From assembly GCA_002633005.1 (NCBI GenBank), contig NMRA01000227.1:568219-632218 (forward strand): a stretch of DNA of 64,000 bases, written 5' to 3'. Below, piece by piece: positions 26,828-39,718 of this stretch. Source of the DNA: Phoronis australis (lineage: Eukaryota; Animalia; Phoronida). How positions within the stretch are numbered: position 1 is the first letter of the stretch; the number at the start of each line of letters is the position of its first letter. The notes beneath the pieces are model-generated. The model was not told the DNA's origin. It was given only the letters and a program-made list of their open reading frames with translations, and searched no databases. A program made the translations under genes and the position numbers.

Positions 26828-27516
26828 ACATCTATATACTTTGTGTACTATACAATATTTTAAATGCATTCTTAGTTTTCACTTTAAACTGAAGAACATC
26901 TGATTACCGTACTTCAGTTTGTGTTACGGCAGCTGAAGAATTCCACAGCGGCACACCTTAATTGCCTACTAGGTGAGAGAAATTCTGCTTGAAGCTTTGA
27001 ACACGGTCTCTTCAAGAAGTAGTCCTATCTTTTGCGATGAACACTCGATCGATTCACTCTTGGGAGGTGAAGCTATTTCCCCTCGACGTTTCCCACTAGC
27101 TGCTACCCGTGCGAAAGCACGAGTAACGGCTAGTCTATATATATATTTGTTAAAATACCGACGAACTGACGAAGTTTGCACTTGGTCTTGGGTTATGCCA
27201 TGCGTGAATATTGCAGCTTTATTTTGATAAGAAATTTTAGCTTTTGTTCAAGTCAGAATCACAAGTTCATATTGTTGGTTTATTATCACTCGACTTCAGC
27301 TTACATTGGAATGGCCTGGAAGTTTTAGTTTTCCGTCACACCTTCATGAAAGTCTGTTTAGACATTGGAAATTCTCGCTGTTTCTTAAAGCATTTGATAA
27401 TTCCCCACGTGATTCGTGAGAATCAGTGTCTGTTGCGACGAGATAAGATTACTACCTGTTCGTTCTACAATACTTGAGGGGATCTTTGATTAAACTACAG
27501 CAAGTTGACCGACATC

Positions 27517-27962
27517 ATGACTGCAGTGCAATACTCTACAGCAATCTTTTTCATCTTTTCCACGTTTTCCCGCGTCACTGTTAACACTGGTTATCCTGTT
27601 AGTGGGTCTTGGTTCAAACCTCGATATAGTTTGAGCGAATGGGACAGCGTCTTAACTAAATTCCAGAAAACTGGAGGCGACACCGTGCTCACGCGTGGAC
27701 AGACCTTTTATAACAGGACGAAGGCAGATATCATTAGCGACCCAGACTTCAAGTGGTGCAGAACCACTGCACCTGGTCGGCACTGTGTTGAGGAGACTGA
27801 AGATGATCTTTCCAAGCACGGATTGTCTGTAGAGTTCTGGGTGACGTACAAGAGCGAGGAAGATCATGGTGCAAAGGTCATGACCTGCGCGCCGTATGAA
27901 AAAATGTACAATGGTTCGAGGATCTATCGCCGCCTGGTGTTCCAAGCGAAAAATATGTATAC
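27517..27962 (+). CDS. Secreted DUF4434-like (glycoside hydrolase TIM-barrel-like) protein, exon 1
   Basis: Hydrophobic signal-like N-terminus, then YPVSGSWF...SEWDSVLTKFQKTGGDTVLTRG; donor AC|GTAAGT. Confidence 0.8.
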
Positions 27963-29637
27963 GTAAGTACAGTTAACCAGCAGGTTTTTTAAATCTAATT
28001 AGCGTATAACAAAATGAACAGAATGAGCTGACGTGATGTACAAGTTATATGGAGTGCAGTTTAGGCCATAAGAATGTTACCTTGGTAGATCCTGTTTTAC
28101 ATCGCGGCGAATGCCGAATGTTCGGTTTAATTTACTAGTTAAAAACGAATCATGGAAAACGGAAAATTAAGAGTTTTCGTTTTCTATGAACATAATGTAG
28201 TCGCAATGGAGTTCATAGTTGTTTTGGCTAGATAAACAGCTTCAGTCTTAATATATCATACCTTGAATTTGTCGTTCAAACAAATTTATAGGAACACCAG
28301 ACCTGTTTTTCTGATACAAAATAAAAATGCTCTGTAACCTCCACAAAACTCAGAAGTTAGGAGAAAAATTTGAAAACTCCTTTCACAGTCTGCTAAACAG
28401 GCAAACGTGTCCTACGCTTTTAGCGAATAACACGGCAACTGTGGGAAAAGTCCACCCACCAAGGATCATAGTGTCCAATCTGTGGCACAGGGAGTATGAG
28501 TTCTTGGTTGATTCCTGTCTTTTACTTGGAAGATTGACGCCAATGATGTATTAGAAGGTGACAGAACGAGGATTGGTGGAAACCATCTGAACAGGGTTTA
28601 GTATCCTTTTAAACCGGCTAAATATCCGGTCGTTCCGGACAGTTCTCCTTTTTCAGTACCGTCGGAGATCAACATTCTTATTGATCTAGGTCCGTAATGT
28701 AGCATCTGCTTCACGGCGAGTGAACACGGCTGAGAGGTAATGGGTTCATCCCCTGTCCTAACGCGAGATCAGCTCAGTTCTCCGTGCAACATTCAACCAC
28801 CACTACCGGGTTACAACCTAGAAAAAAGTCTTTGACAAAACTGCCTTCCTCATAAATTGACAGTTGTGAAATGGAATGTTCTTGACCTCCAAACACCGAA
28901 GTTCTTGAAGGAGAGGGATGCTAATATAAAAATTATGTTGGTTGTTTTAATGTTAAAACACCATTTCGTGATCTGTACCGTTACTCAATCACTTTCAGTT
29001 GAGTGTGCAACTTAATTACACATGTCGCAGTATATATGTATTATATATATACTAATATGCTTTTTGGGTCGTTTTGCAACCCGAAATAAACATTGTACTC
29101 AGGTGAAATCTGAACTGGCTCCATATACATCGCTGTTACGAATCATTGAATGTGGGGGATGTTATATTTGTTGTATACCTAATAGTAAGCAGGATACAAT
29201 GTGCGTGACTACGACCGTGTTAAGTAAATCATATGCATACTTTCCCAGTGGTATTGCTGCAAAATGATGGATGGTGATTCCATTGAAATTATACGTAATG
29301 CTTATATTCGTCTTACACACTATCACATCAGTAAAACGCGTCACATTTCACTTCACTTTTTAGATTTTGGCTACCCCTGCACGTAGACGAGTTGCCTGCT
29401 ACCGGCATTTGATTCCCCAGCACCTCGGTTAGCATTTGTCTAGGAAATTCATCCTTTCCCTTGCATCGGGTGGTACGATATGTGTTGACGAACGGAACTT
29501 GTAAATCCCAGCTACTGCATTACTTACCCGGCATCTTTCGTTTCTTCTTTACTTGCTTAATTACCCCCTTTCTTTATTACGTAATATCCTTACCTTTTTG
29601 TTGACGTATATACCTAAACACTTACCCTTACTTATAG

Positions 29638-30304
29638 CGGAGATGATTGTGACTTCTCGACCAGCAAGGCTGCAATAGTGATCTTCACATTATACTCTGG
29701 AATGGATTCTAACCAACTACTTGTTGAAAGTGCATCTAAGAAGAACATGTCAGTCTTCCTAGGCCTTCCGCGTCTACCAGATCTGGATGAGACAGATTCG
29801 CACGCCGGTGATTTGTTCTATGTATACTTTGGACTCATAAACCGACTTCTCCAGGACTATGAGAAACGATTCGCGAACCCAAATGGGAAGTCACTTACTG
29901 GATATTACTCGGCAGATGGCGCAGATATGGGTGGTCTTGTCAGTATTGATGGTCAATCGCCTAAAGGATACCTTGTTCAAGTTTATAGGGAGCTCAGTTT
30001 CCTTGTTGGATACCAAAAGAAAAAATTTGCTATTTCACTTTATGCAAACCTCAACAAATTTAAGGGAAACTACACCATCACGAACCATGTAAATAGCTTC
30101 CAATCGTACATTTTCCTTCCGGGTGCAATTTTCATCGTCCACGAAGGAAGAGGAATGGGCAACATGGCTTACTATTGGAAAAACGAAAATAATACGTCCA
30201 TTGCTAGCAGAGATCCCATGCTGTTTAATATTCTGCAGTCGGAACGTTTAGATATTCCACAAAATGCCACTTTTGATGAAGTGTTCAATGGAAGTGTTCA
30301 AGAG
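29638..30304 (+). CDS. DUF4434-like protein, exon 2
   Basis: cttatAG|C GGA (phase 2 fits); LLVESASKKNMSVFLGL, LTGYY, VHEGRG; donor GAG|GTGAGT. Confidence 0.85.
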
Positions 30305-30973
30305 GTGAGTACGAAAAACCTTAAAGGGGAATGCCACCCGATTTAATTAGTTGTCGTTACCGTTTTATCGGTCTATCTACATCACCTGGCTATACAGTCG
30401 AAAGGTGTCGCGTTAACCTGTGAAGAAGGTGAGTACACGACAAAACGACGTCAGTGGTTCTTCAGCTGAGTGTGTGCCACTATAGTGTGGCGTATCGTTC
30501 CCGCTTGAGCGAACCAGGAAACTGCAAGGAAAGCGGGTATATCATTTTTTTCGATTTCCTCGAGAACCCCCAATGCTTCAGTTCAGAAGTGGTTCCCGAC
30601 AGTAAAGAAACAACAAAAAGTACCAAGTATGAGGCCGTGAAATATCTCCATGTCTGTGGCCTATATTGCTCTGTTTCAAAATGAATTATTTTCATCCTTA
30701 CCAGTGTTTACAAAAAACTGAAACAAAGTGTCAAAATCTGTCTCAGTAGATACAATTTTTTATGCCTTAGGAGTGTTCGTGAGTGCAAATGGTTTGAAAA
30801 ATCAACAATGAATAAATCATACTGAGTTACCGGCTTCAGATACAATAAAACTAATTGACCGGCCGGCCACCCGTGTGAGCGCATGCTAATCCAGTGTTTG
30901 TTGACAGAAAGTTGTTATGAAACGATAACTCGATTTTATATGCTGTGGTCAGATATTATGGGAATCTTTATTT

Positions 30974-30975
<2 letters not shown>

Positions 30976-31048
<73 letters not shown>
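30976..31048. repeat. (TA)n microsatellite
   Basis: About 36 uninterrupted TA units. Confidence 0.95.
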
Positions 31049-31052
<4 letters not shown>

Positions 31053-33660
31053 CATTATTCAAACCATTGTACCTTTTCCCTATACGGTTCTGTAGAAGAG
31101 GAACCTGCCTTCGCGGCCCCCGAGGAGTATGCAGATGTGCAAATTCGCGGCAAATTCAACAAACTATTCACGTGCACATTATTTCTTTGGTTCACTAGTC
31201 TAGTCTTTTCGTGACAGGAGCTTTAGTTTTCAACTTTCGCAGCTGACTAACCTAGCTGGTTTATATTTGTAATGTCTCTAGTCCGGCTGCGACAGGACTG
31301 ATCGGGTTCCAAGCCACTAAGTTATAACGAGCGTTTTGTATTTAGAACTGAAAAAATTCGCAAGTCTAAAATTACAACACACGGCTATGTTCTCTTGTTT
31401 GTATTTCACGGAAGAATAAATAATTCGAATTTATCACCGAACAGAGCACAGAGCCCAAACTCCAGAGACCGACCTTGGTAAATTGGCCTACCGAACTTTG
31501 TAGGCTATGGTACCTTCAAATACCTATAAATCCGTAACAGCGAAATAAAACAACACGTTTGTTCAAGAACTCGATGTAGCTGTAAGGGTTTTACATTGAA
31601 TTTTAATGATTTATTGGTGTAAAACGATGATATAAAGCGATAAGCTGACACCAGTAAGCATCTTGTGAACTGCTGAGCAGACTGTGATAGAACCTGTGAC
31701 GTCATTGGTTTATTTCAGCACCTCCGTCTGCCGTCTGGTGTCACGTAAAATCCCTAGATATGTATTGGGTCACATTTGGTTTTTCTGACGCAAAACGTGT
31801 TTTCATTTTTATGCTGATTTTACAAAATTGTTTTTTTCGATAAAAAGCTGTCAACTTCGTAAGACTATTGAAACATTTTAAAAGTTCGGAATAACTATGA
31901 TTTTTTTCTCTGAATGTGTGTGACCTTAAGATCCAGAAACGCTTCATGTTTAAGATTCACGTTTTTAGTATTCAAGTGCTGGCTTTTCAAAAATTGAGAA
32001 TGAGATTATTTCGGCCATCTTTAATATGAAATCAGGGGCGAACCGTTACCCCTTCTGCTAACTTTAGCGATTTTTCTTTGCAGTCCGGTGACAACATTCA
32101 CTTCAAATTGGTAGTGAAGGGGCAGTAGTGCGATGAGTATGGGACAACAGTGAAACTGGTGATGATTGTGAAGGTTCCGGGGGCGACTTCGTTCCCTCAA
32201 CACATTACAAAACGCTATTATACCCATACAGTGAAGTCTGCCTGTACATCAAAGATCAGTCCCTAAAATACACAAAAGCAGAGTTATGTAACTAGAAAAC
32301 ATACAACTAAACGTTTACCTTTCAACAGGCTTTCATGGTATGGGTGATGAAATCGTCTCTTATTTGTGATTCTTTTTAAGAGTTGGGTAACCAGTTCAGC
32401 GGCCTAAAGAAGTGTTGTCAATGTCTTCTCGAGCGGACACACGAAAATAATCCTAATTGCATAAACCATTTTTGCCATTTACGGTATAGATTTCCTGGAT
32501 GATTAGCGTGCACCCAAACAGCGTGCCCCCAAAAAGCTGCCTTTGTTAGATAATTCTCATAGTACTGGCGTGAAAGTTAAAAAAATGTCCCCTTGTATAA
32601 ATATAACTTCCCACTTCCATTTACTTAAACGTGATCACCCATATAATGGCCCTTATGCCTGCATTCAAACATTTGCAGTAATCCTTGCTACAGAGGTTGG
32701 TAATATAGTGAGATGTTATGGTGAGAGCTTGTAATATGTAAAAATGCTGGAGGATGTAGTTATTAAGTCCAATGACCTTGGCCTTTTTCAAATTTGTATA
32801 ATTGGCATTTTTAGAATCTGTACATAGTGATGCATGTCAAATATTATCTGATGAGTATTTTGTTGGTATCAGAAGCTTCCGCCCTTGGCCTTGATCGCAA
32901 AGGGTCCTTCTGTAAATTTTAACCCCAACGATAACAGCGATTAAAAGTACGAATCAATATTTTGTCTATTTTTCCTTCTTGTTACAGCAGACTAAGCTGA
33001 TGTGACGATATATAGTATTGAACAAATCAAAATGTATGAACATACATCATCAAGAAGGAATTGTTGATCTCTAAACCTCGTCAATCAACCAACAGAAAAA
33101 GACATTCACTTAACAAAGCTTCCTAGTAGAACGGGCTGGGTATTAACCCAGGTGTTCTAGAGCTTCGTGTAAAAGTTGCGGTCTGATTTAGAGGTGGCAG
33201 CCATGCGATATGGACCTCTTTTAGCCTGTCATTTCATTTAATCCTTTTTTCTGGCTATTTTTCGCTAACCTCGTCTCTTTAAATACGGCTGCAAGGGTAC
33301 ACTTGAAAACAGTTCTTTGTACATCTGCAAACTTTATGCCAAGAACGTGTTCACGTCACGAGCAAATCAGGAGCTCCCTTTGCCTTTGTGTGGTGCCCAC
33401 ATAGACTCAGTCTCATTAGAACTGGACCGTGGCCACCACTCTTTAAAGAAGTCGATGGATGTGCTGATGCTCCAAATGCATTCGGGGCAGACACCCACTG
33501 CCTTGCAATGTCATCAAATGCAGTTTCCCTCACTAGATCACACGATTGTCTATCAAGGCCCAAGGGAGTATTTATTTCAAACAAAGAAGTGAACAATATA
33601 TTGTGCATCCGTGCACCGAGCAATGTATCAAACACGCCCACTCTGGCCAGGGTGGAGGTG

Positions 33661-34639
33661 CAGTGGCGGATCTAGAATATCACAAGGGGGGGCCCAACAT
33701 TTTCTCCGGTTGTAAGCATTTGCGCAAACCACGATTGTAGATGAGCACAGCACCGAATGGGGGGAGGCCCAGGAAATTTTTCTGTTTTTTCCTCTAAAAA
33801 TCAAGCATCTTCCTTGATTTCTGATGTATTATCCAAGAAAAAAAGAAAAAAAAACACGGAGAACGTGTCACACAGGAAAAATTGCGAGCTTCACAGACTC
33901 GGACTCACGACCTAGATGATAGAACGCGCGTGCTTTACCACTACACCACGACTTCACTAATACAAAGAAACTAAGAGAGCTACTTGTTTATTTGGTCCAC
34001 AGCGTTTGCGCGCGAAATCTACTTCTTTTTGTAATGTTTATTACACGTTTTATATTTTGTGTAATCGGTTTTTAACAAATTTGTTGTATTTAAAATAGTC
34101 TTCAAATGCCCAAAAGACCAAATCCGTTTTTCGTGTTGGCAAAAATGACGGGATTGCTTTAGAAATCGTCTTAAGTTAAGGTTTGACAAAGAGAGAATTA
34201 ATGAGTTTCTGAGTGATTCACTTAGGCTTCGATTAAAATTCACATTTTACCAGCAGCTTCAGTTTTTTCATCGTCACTCAGGCTCCATTTTCTTTAAAAA
34301 ATGAAGTAAAATTTCCCCATTGCACAGTGGAGCAGACGACGGAAACGGAGTCGTAGTGCGTAGCGCCACTGCCGGTCGCCTGGGATATCGCGGGAGAGCT
34401 TACACTTAGCCATAGTTCCGTTACGAATGCGCCGTGTTCCGAATTTGACACTTGAAATTGGATCTGAGCCCCCCCCCCAAACACTAAAACTGCACACATT
34501 TAAATCTTTTTCATCCGTATAATTTTAACTACCGGGGCAAACTAATGAACTCAACATTTCCCTACGCTCCTGCTGTTTTATTTTTTCTGCGGCAGCCAAG
34601 AGGGGGAGGGGGGCCTGGCCCCCCCTAAATCCGCCTATG
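33661..34639 (+). mobile_element. Family A transposon, copy 2 (5-bp TSD aggtg)
   Basis: cagtggcggatctag ... ctaaatccgcctatg; aggtg on both flanks. Confidence 0.9.
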
Positions 34640-34850
34640 AGGTGGATATGAATCCACTGGTAAAATTCCAGCCAATTCTGTGACGGGCCATGTAATTTTT
34701 TTTGATTTCATAGGTTCTCTCAGAAATTGCTACTTAACTGTTTTAAAATTCTAACTGTTCGAATTTGCTACACCAGTTCAAGCGTTTTACCGTTGTGTGT
34801 CCATGTATACTTTTGCTTGCCTTTCTGTTTCCTTTACTGAAAAGATATAA

Positions 34851-37118
34851 GGCCAAAAAGTATAGTCGATTGTGGTCTGTTCAGTTTTGGAAATCGATTT
34901 GGTGGTGCAATATTTCATTTAGTTGCTCGCTTTTCTAAAAAGGAGACGAGCAAAAATGGCGGGGCATCTTATTACTCAATTCTAACCAGTTTTCGTGGGA
35001 GGGACGCTACCTGAACTTGTGTCAGTGCTCGGTCAGCTAACTTGCCAAGGTTTTATATTTTCAAACCCGCAAGTTCATCAGTTAAACGCAACAAGTTACC
35101 AATATTTACACAAGTAACCCCATCGATCATCGACGTCAGTGACATTTCAGTTTCCGTCTCCTCTCGTTTGGCCTTATTCTGCCAGTTCCCGATGTCAGAA
35201 GTTGCTTGACCATGACTTATTGAGCATGATCACTATATGAGTGTTTATAACGTACGGTTATCACTAGAGTGCGGAATAACAATTTTTTGAGAAATTAGAA
35301 TACTTATCTTAGTACACTAGCTAAATATAGAACTCGACATGTTGACTGAAATTGTTCGTGATCGCCACATTCTGGGTAACGTATGTCACGTGGCATTCTT
35401 CGTTATGAATATTTATGAGCTATGATTGCAAGATCTCTGTTTATGTCAAAGTTTTGTCTCAAAAATTGTGTATCACAATGATTCAGGAGCAGACATTTAT
35501 CCAGTGAGGTTTAACTCCACCAGCTGCCGCGAAGATGCAGTTCCGAATCCGTTCCGGAGCTGATCTCCGAAAATCACCTTTCTCGCCATAATACTACTTT
35601 AAACTGCTACTTTTAACGATTTGTCGCCGTTGTGTTTCTTCTACTGTCTCCGATATGCCTGCTAGTACACACTGTCCGCATTACTTAGATTACCAGGTGG
35701 ACTTCTCTGAATTTTTGTATGGAAAAATAAAAAAGTTGGCCAGATGATACTGTTTTCATTCCTCGAAATTCTCTTTCGTTTTTGAGCCCCGACGGCAAAA
35801 ACGACCGACGAGCGCCAGTCGCAAAGAAAGCTGTGATTTGGAGCTGAGCGAGACAAAGTAATTTATTTTTCACGACAGACAGAAAAACAAATGCAACCTA
35901 CAAGTCATAACAGTCGGGTTTTGTGTGCCGCCATGATGGCGATCACGGTGCATTGTTATTTGAGTGGACAAATCAAGTTGCTTGCGCTTTTCATTTACAG
36001 GTACAGTGGCGATTCTAGGATATCACAAGGGGGGGTCCAACATTTTGTCCGGCTGTAAGCATTTACGCAAACCACGATTGTAGATGCGTAATGCACCGAA
36101 TGGGGGAGGTCGGGGTTTGCCCCCCTCCTGCCCAGGAAATTTTTCTGTTTTTCCTCTAAAAATCAAGCATTTTCCTTGATTCCTGAAGTATTATCCAAGA
36201 AAAAAAGGCAAAAGAAAAAAAAAAAAAAAAAAACACGGAGAACGTGTCAAACAGGAAAACCGCATGTACCACTGACTCGAACTCACGCCCTGGCGGAGAG
36301 AGCGCGCTTGCTTTACCACTACACGTTTTATATTTTGTGCAATCAGTTCCTAACAAATTTGTTGTACTTAAAATAGTCTTCAAATGCCCAAAAGACCAAA
36401 TCCGTTTTTCGTGGTGGCAATAACGACGGGATTGCTTTGGAAATCGTCTTAAGTTAAGGTTTGACAAAGAGAGAATTATGTGTTTCTGAGTGATTCACCA
36501 AGGCTTCGATTAAAATTCACATCTTACCAGCAGTTTCTGTTTTTTCATCGTCACTCAGATTCCATTTTCTTTAAAAATGAAGTAAATTTTCTTCATTGCA
36601 CAGAGGAGCAGACGACGGAAACGGAGTCGTAGTGAGCAGCGCCACTGCCGGTCGCCTGGGATATCGCGGGAGAGCTTATACTTAGCCATAGTTCTGTTAC
36701 GAATGCGCCGTGTTCCAAATTTGACTCTTGAAATTGGATCTGAGCCCCCCCCCAAAAAAAAACACTAAAACTGCACACATTTAAATCTTGTTTCATCCGT
36801 ATAATTTTAATTACCGGGGTTAATTAATAAACTCAACATTTCCCTACGCTCAGATTGCTGTTTTATTTTTTTGCGGCAGCCAAGGAGAGGGGGGTGGGCC
36901 CCCTGGGCCCCCTAAATCCTCCTATGAGGTAATTATGCATTGCTTGAAAAGTCATGGAGTTTCAAATCTTGCTTGCCGTGCTCTTTTGCAACTTTTTCAA
37001 GAAAGAAAGAACAGCACGAGATGTAGGGGAAGTCTTTTTATTCCTTAAGTTAGTGAGCAGCACAGGTCAAAAAATGTGTTGGGAGTACAGACCAGAACCA
37101 ACCGTGATTTTTTTGGCC
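34851..37118. mobile_element. Older non-autonomous DNA transposon (GGCCAAAAA ends, TAA TSD) hosting family A copy 3
   Basis: taa|ggccaaaaag...tggtctgt and acagacca...ttttttggcc|taa. Confidence 0.55.
36004..36926 (+). mobile_element. Family A transposon, copy 3 (5-bp TSD aggta)
   Basis: cagtggcgattctag ... ctaaatcctcctatg; aggta on both flanks; ~75-bp internal deletion relative to the other copies. Confidence 0.9.
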
Positions 37119-37300
37119 TAATGTCTGATTTAACAAAGCTATTAACTGAGCAATCCCAACAAAGCGTCTATCAAGTAAAGATGCCTTCGGAATTTTTTTC
37201 TTATGAAAACAATTACGATTTTTGAAAAAAACGTGGTTTGTTAATAAGTTCGACGATGAGTGTCGCTCTTTTCTTACAATGACGGCACTTCTTTTTACAG

Positions 37301-37418
37301 TTGTTCGAAGCTTTGTACGGAAAACGGGTGGAAGGTAATCCAGAGGTTTGGTTGAATATTGAAGCGTTCGAGAATTTGCGTGATTATCCGTGCTTGCCGC
37401 TTGACAAAACTGGATCAG
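37301..37418 (+). CDS. DUF4434-like protein, exon 3
   Basis: ctttttacAG|LFEALYGKRVEGNPEVWLNIEAFENLRDYPCLPLDKTGS G|GTGAGA; 118 nt, phases fit. Confidence 0.85.
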
Positions 37419-37435
37419 GTGAGAACCACATACTC

Positions 37436-37576
37436 ATGGGCGACGCATTTTAGGGAGCTGGCGGGGGCTATAGCCCCCCACTTTGTCAGTGCTGCATCGT
37501 ACATGGTCTATGGGCGGTGCACCACAGGGGGTCTGAGGGCTATAGCCCGCCACTTTTTCAGGCTGCGCCGCCCATG
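37436..37576 (+). repeat. Tandem pair of ~70-bp CATG-ended mini-elements (relative at ~52764-52845)
   Basis: catgggcg...gggctatagccccccacttt.tcagtgctgcgccgcccatg motif twice here and once near 52800. Confidence 0.65.
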
Positions 37577-38064
37577 ATACCGAAACCTTATTTCCAAGAT
37601 ACGAATGTAAAAATGATCACCACCTAACCTATGAAGAATTCCATCAATGTACAACTCTTCATAACACATCAGAATCCTATTTCTTAAAACTGCTGCGTCA
37701 ATTTGTGGTTCCTGAAATATGCGTGCCAGCATTAATCATGCATTTAGGTAAACCCTTGGGTGTGGTATAACAACTGAGTAGTTTAAAACCAATTTTAGAT
37801 GGTCATTGTCACTGTCATTGCCAGTGTTGGTACTTTGGACTTTGAATTTGCATTCGACGACTGAGGTACTTTTCCAACGTAATCAAAGATATATATATAT
37901 ATATATATATCTATAAAATCTTTGACGTAATTAAAGTGCTTTGGTCACGGCCTCGTAGTAGTTCAGAAAAGTGCCAAAATACGTCGATGTGCGCTGAACT
38001 CCTGAAAAGAGCGACAAAACGAAATTGTTATGATAGATTGACCGCTATTTTGTGTTGCGGTAAG

Positions 38065-38330
38065 GTATGGATCGATTGATGGAGAGAACTGTCAAATCCA
38101 GGCTCGACTGGTCGATTGCCGCAGCAGGATCGTTCGTCCAAAAGGTGTCATCCTTTGCATGGGACGCTGACTTTGAATGCTTGGATGGAGGGTATTCAAC
38201 CAGTTTGGCAGACGATATTATTTCTGAAGGTTCAAAGCCGATAGTGAGTCACTGCCGCTTTCACTCGCCATCGAATGAGTCGATCGTTGTCATTGGTTAC
38301 AACTTGGATGGCCTGACACAAGGTTACACC
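38065..38330 (+). CDS. DUF4434-like protein, exon 4
   Basis: taAG|GT ATG; GMDRLMERTVKSRLDWSIAAAGSFVQKVSSFAWD...VVIGYNL; donor ACC|GTAAGT. Confidence 0.85.
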
Positions 38331-39493
38331 GTAAGTTAGCAGAATTTCGAGCATGTAGAAAAACTGTCGACTTTCTAGGGCATTGTGCCACTCTTGACAT
38401 ACCCTCTCCTATTTTCCTTTTAAGTTTAGATCGGACCTCATAGAGAATCTGTTCCTTCAGTCAAAACTGTAGATTTAGCTTTAAAAAGTACCGTATATAT
38501 TATCTTAAAAGTAAAAAGCCTGTTAAATTTCATTGTTGATTGTATACCAATTTGCTGCAGGTTGGGTCACATGACCATATCTTTTGGTAGAATTTACCAA
38601 AAAAGAAATGCTCAATCATAGCAAAACAACGATATCAATAGAGAAAAGTTTGTTTGGTATTGGTGTTCAAGCTGAAATTCAAAAACGCTGTTACATTTTT
38701 CTAAGTTAACCATTTCGTTTTCGTTTTACGCAACTTTTGATTTTCCATAGAAATTATGAAAGTAGTACTTTCGACAGCCCTAATGCAAAAGTGGATCAAT
38801 TTGAAAAACACAATGTTTCCTAAGAGTGCTTTGGAGATCAGCGCATAAGACAGTGTGCGTGAAAAATTGATATGAATCCGATCAGTCTTTCTGAGTTATG
38901 ATGATCCGAAGATGGTCAAGTTTGGACATTTGTCTTAGGTCCTACATAACGTATCGTTTTTATGTGGAAATAAATCAAATTCATATTCTATCTAAACAAG
39001 GTTTAGAGAGTGGGGCTTACCGCTCTACTGGTCGATTTGACCGCACAATAGTGTTGATCGTTAATGCACGTTTTTTGTTATCTATGTTAAAGTGATGTGC
39101 AGCATGTCAAATACAGCAGCTGGAAACGTTTTTGATGAGATTGCAGGTTAATGGAAATAACCTCTTATGCTAATTCAATGATTCTGGCATTTATTTACAA
39201 ATATAAAGCACTGTATACTTTTTATCCCTTTGTTTCTAATCCATTGAACTATTTCCTCTTGTTCGACATTATAAGAAACAAGATGATACGTAAATGTATT
39301 TCCTAAGTGTATGATTGATGCTTGACTGCAGGTCAATCGGATATTATTTCCGTTTGTATTTATCTCTTCTATAGGTATTATTTCGAACCTTTTCTTAACT
39401 TCCAGTGGATTATTCTAAATGCGATCTTCACAAAATGTACATGGTATCATTTATCAAAAATTTCAAGAACATGCTGAAAGACATTTATTTCAG

Positions 39494-39718
39494 GTTACGT
39501 GGGTTGATAGATACAACAAAACTCAAGTAGATACAGTTCATGGGTACTACTTCGAAATGGACTACGGGATTGTGCATGGACTTGTGCCGTCACTTCAATA
39601 CGTCATGCTGTGGGACATTCCAAATATGCAGAATATTGCACCGACAGGCTTCATCAAAGTGGCGGCAGGTGGCGCTTATCATTCTTGCAGTTTCCCGTAT
39701 ATTTACCGTTACACCTAA
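39494..39718 (+). CDS. DUF4434-like protein, terminal exon 5
   Basis: tatttcAG|VTWVDRYNKTQVDTVHGYYFEMDYG...YRYT*; AATAAA at ~39727; spliced CDS 1722 nt = 573 aa. Confidence 0.85.
   Translation, partial: VTWVDRYNKTQVDTVHGYYFEMDYGIVHGLVPSLQYVMLWDIPNMQNIAPTGFIKVAAGGAYHSCSFPYIYRYT

Noticed and set aside
32845-32880. CTGATGA hammerhead ribozyme core candidates (also at ~3468)
   Set aside because: No properly placed GAAA with flanking helices
33885-33952. Functional tRNA gene
   Set aside because: The acceptor and anticodon stems do not pair and they differ between copies; only the A/B boxes remain
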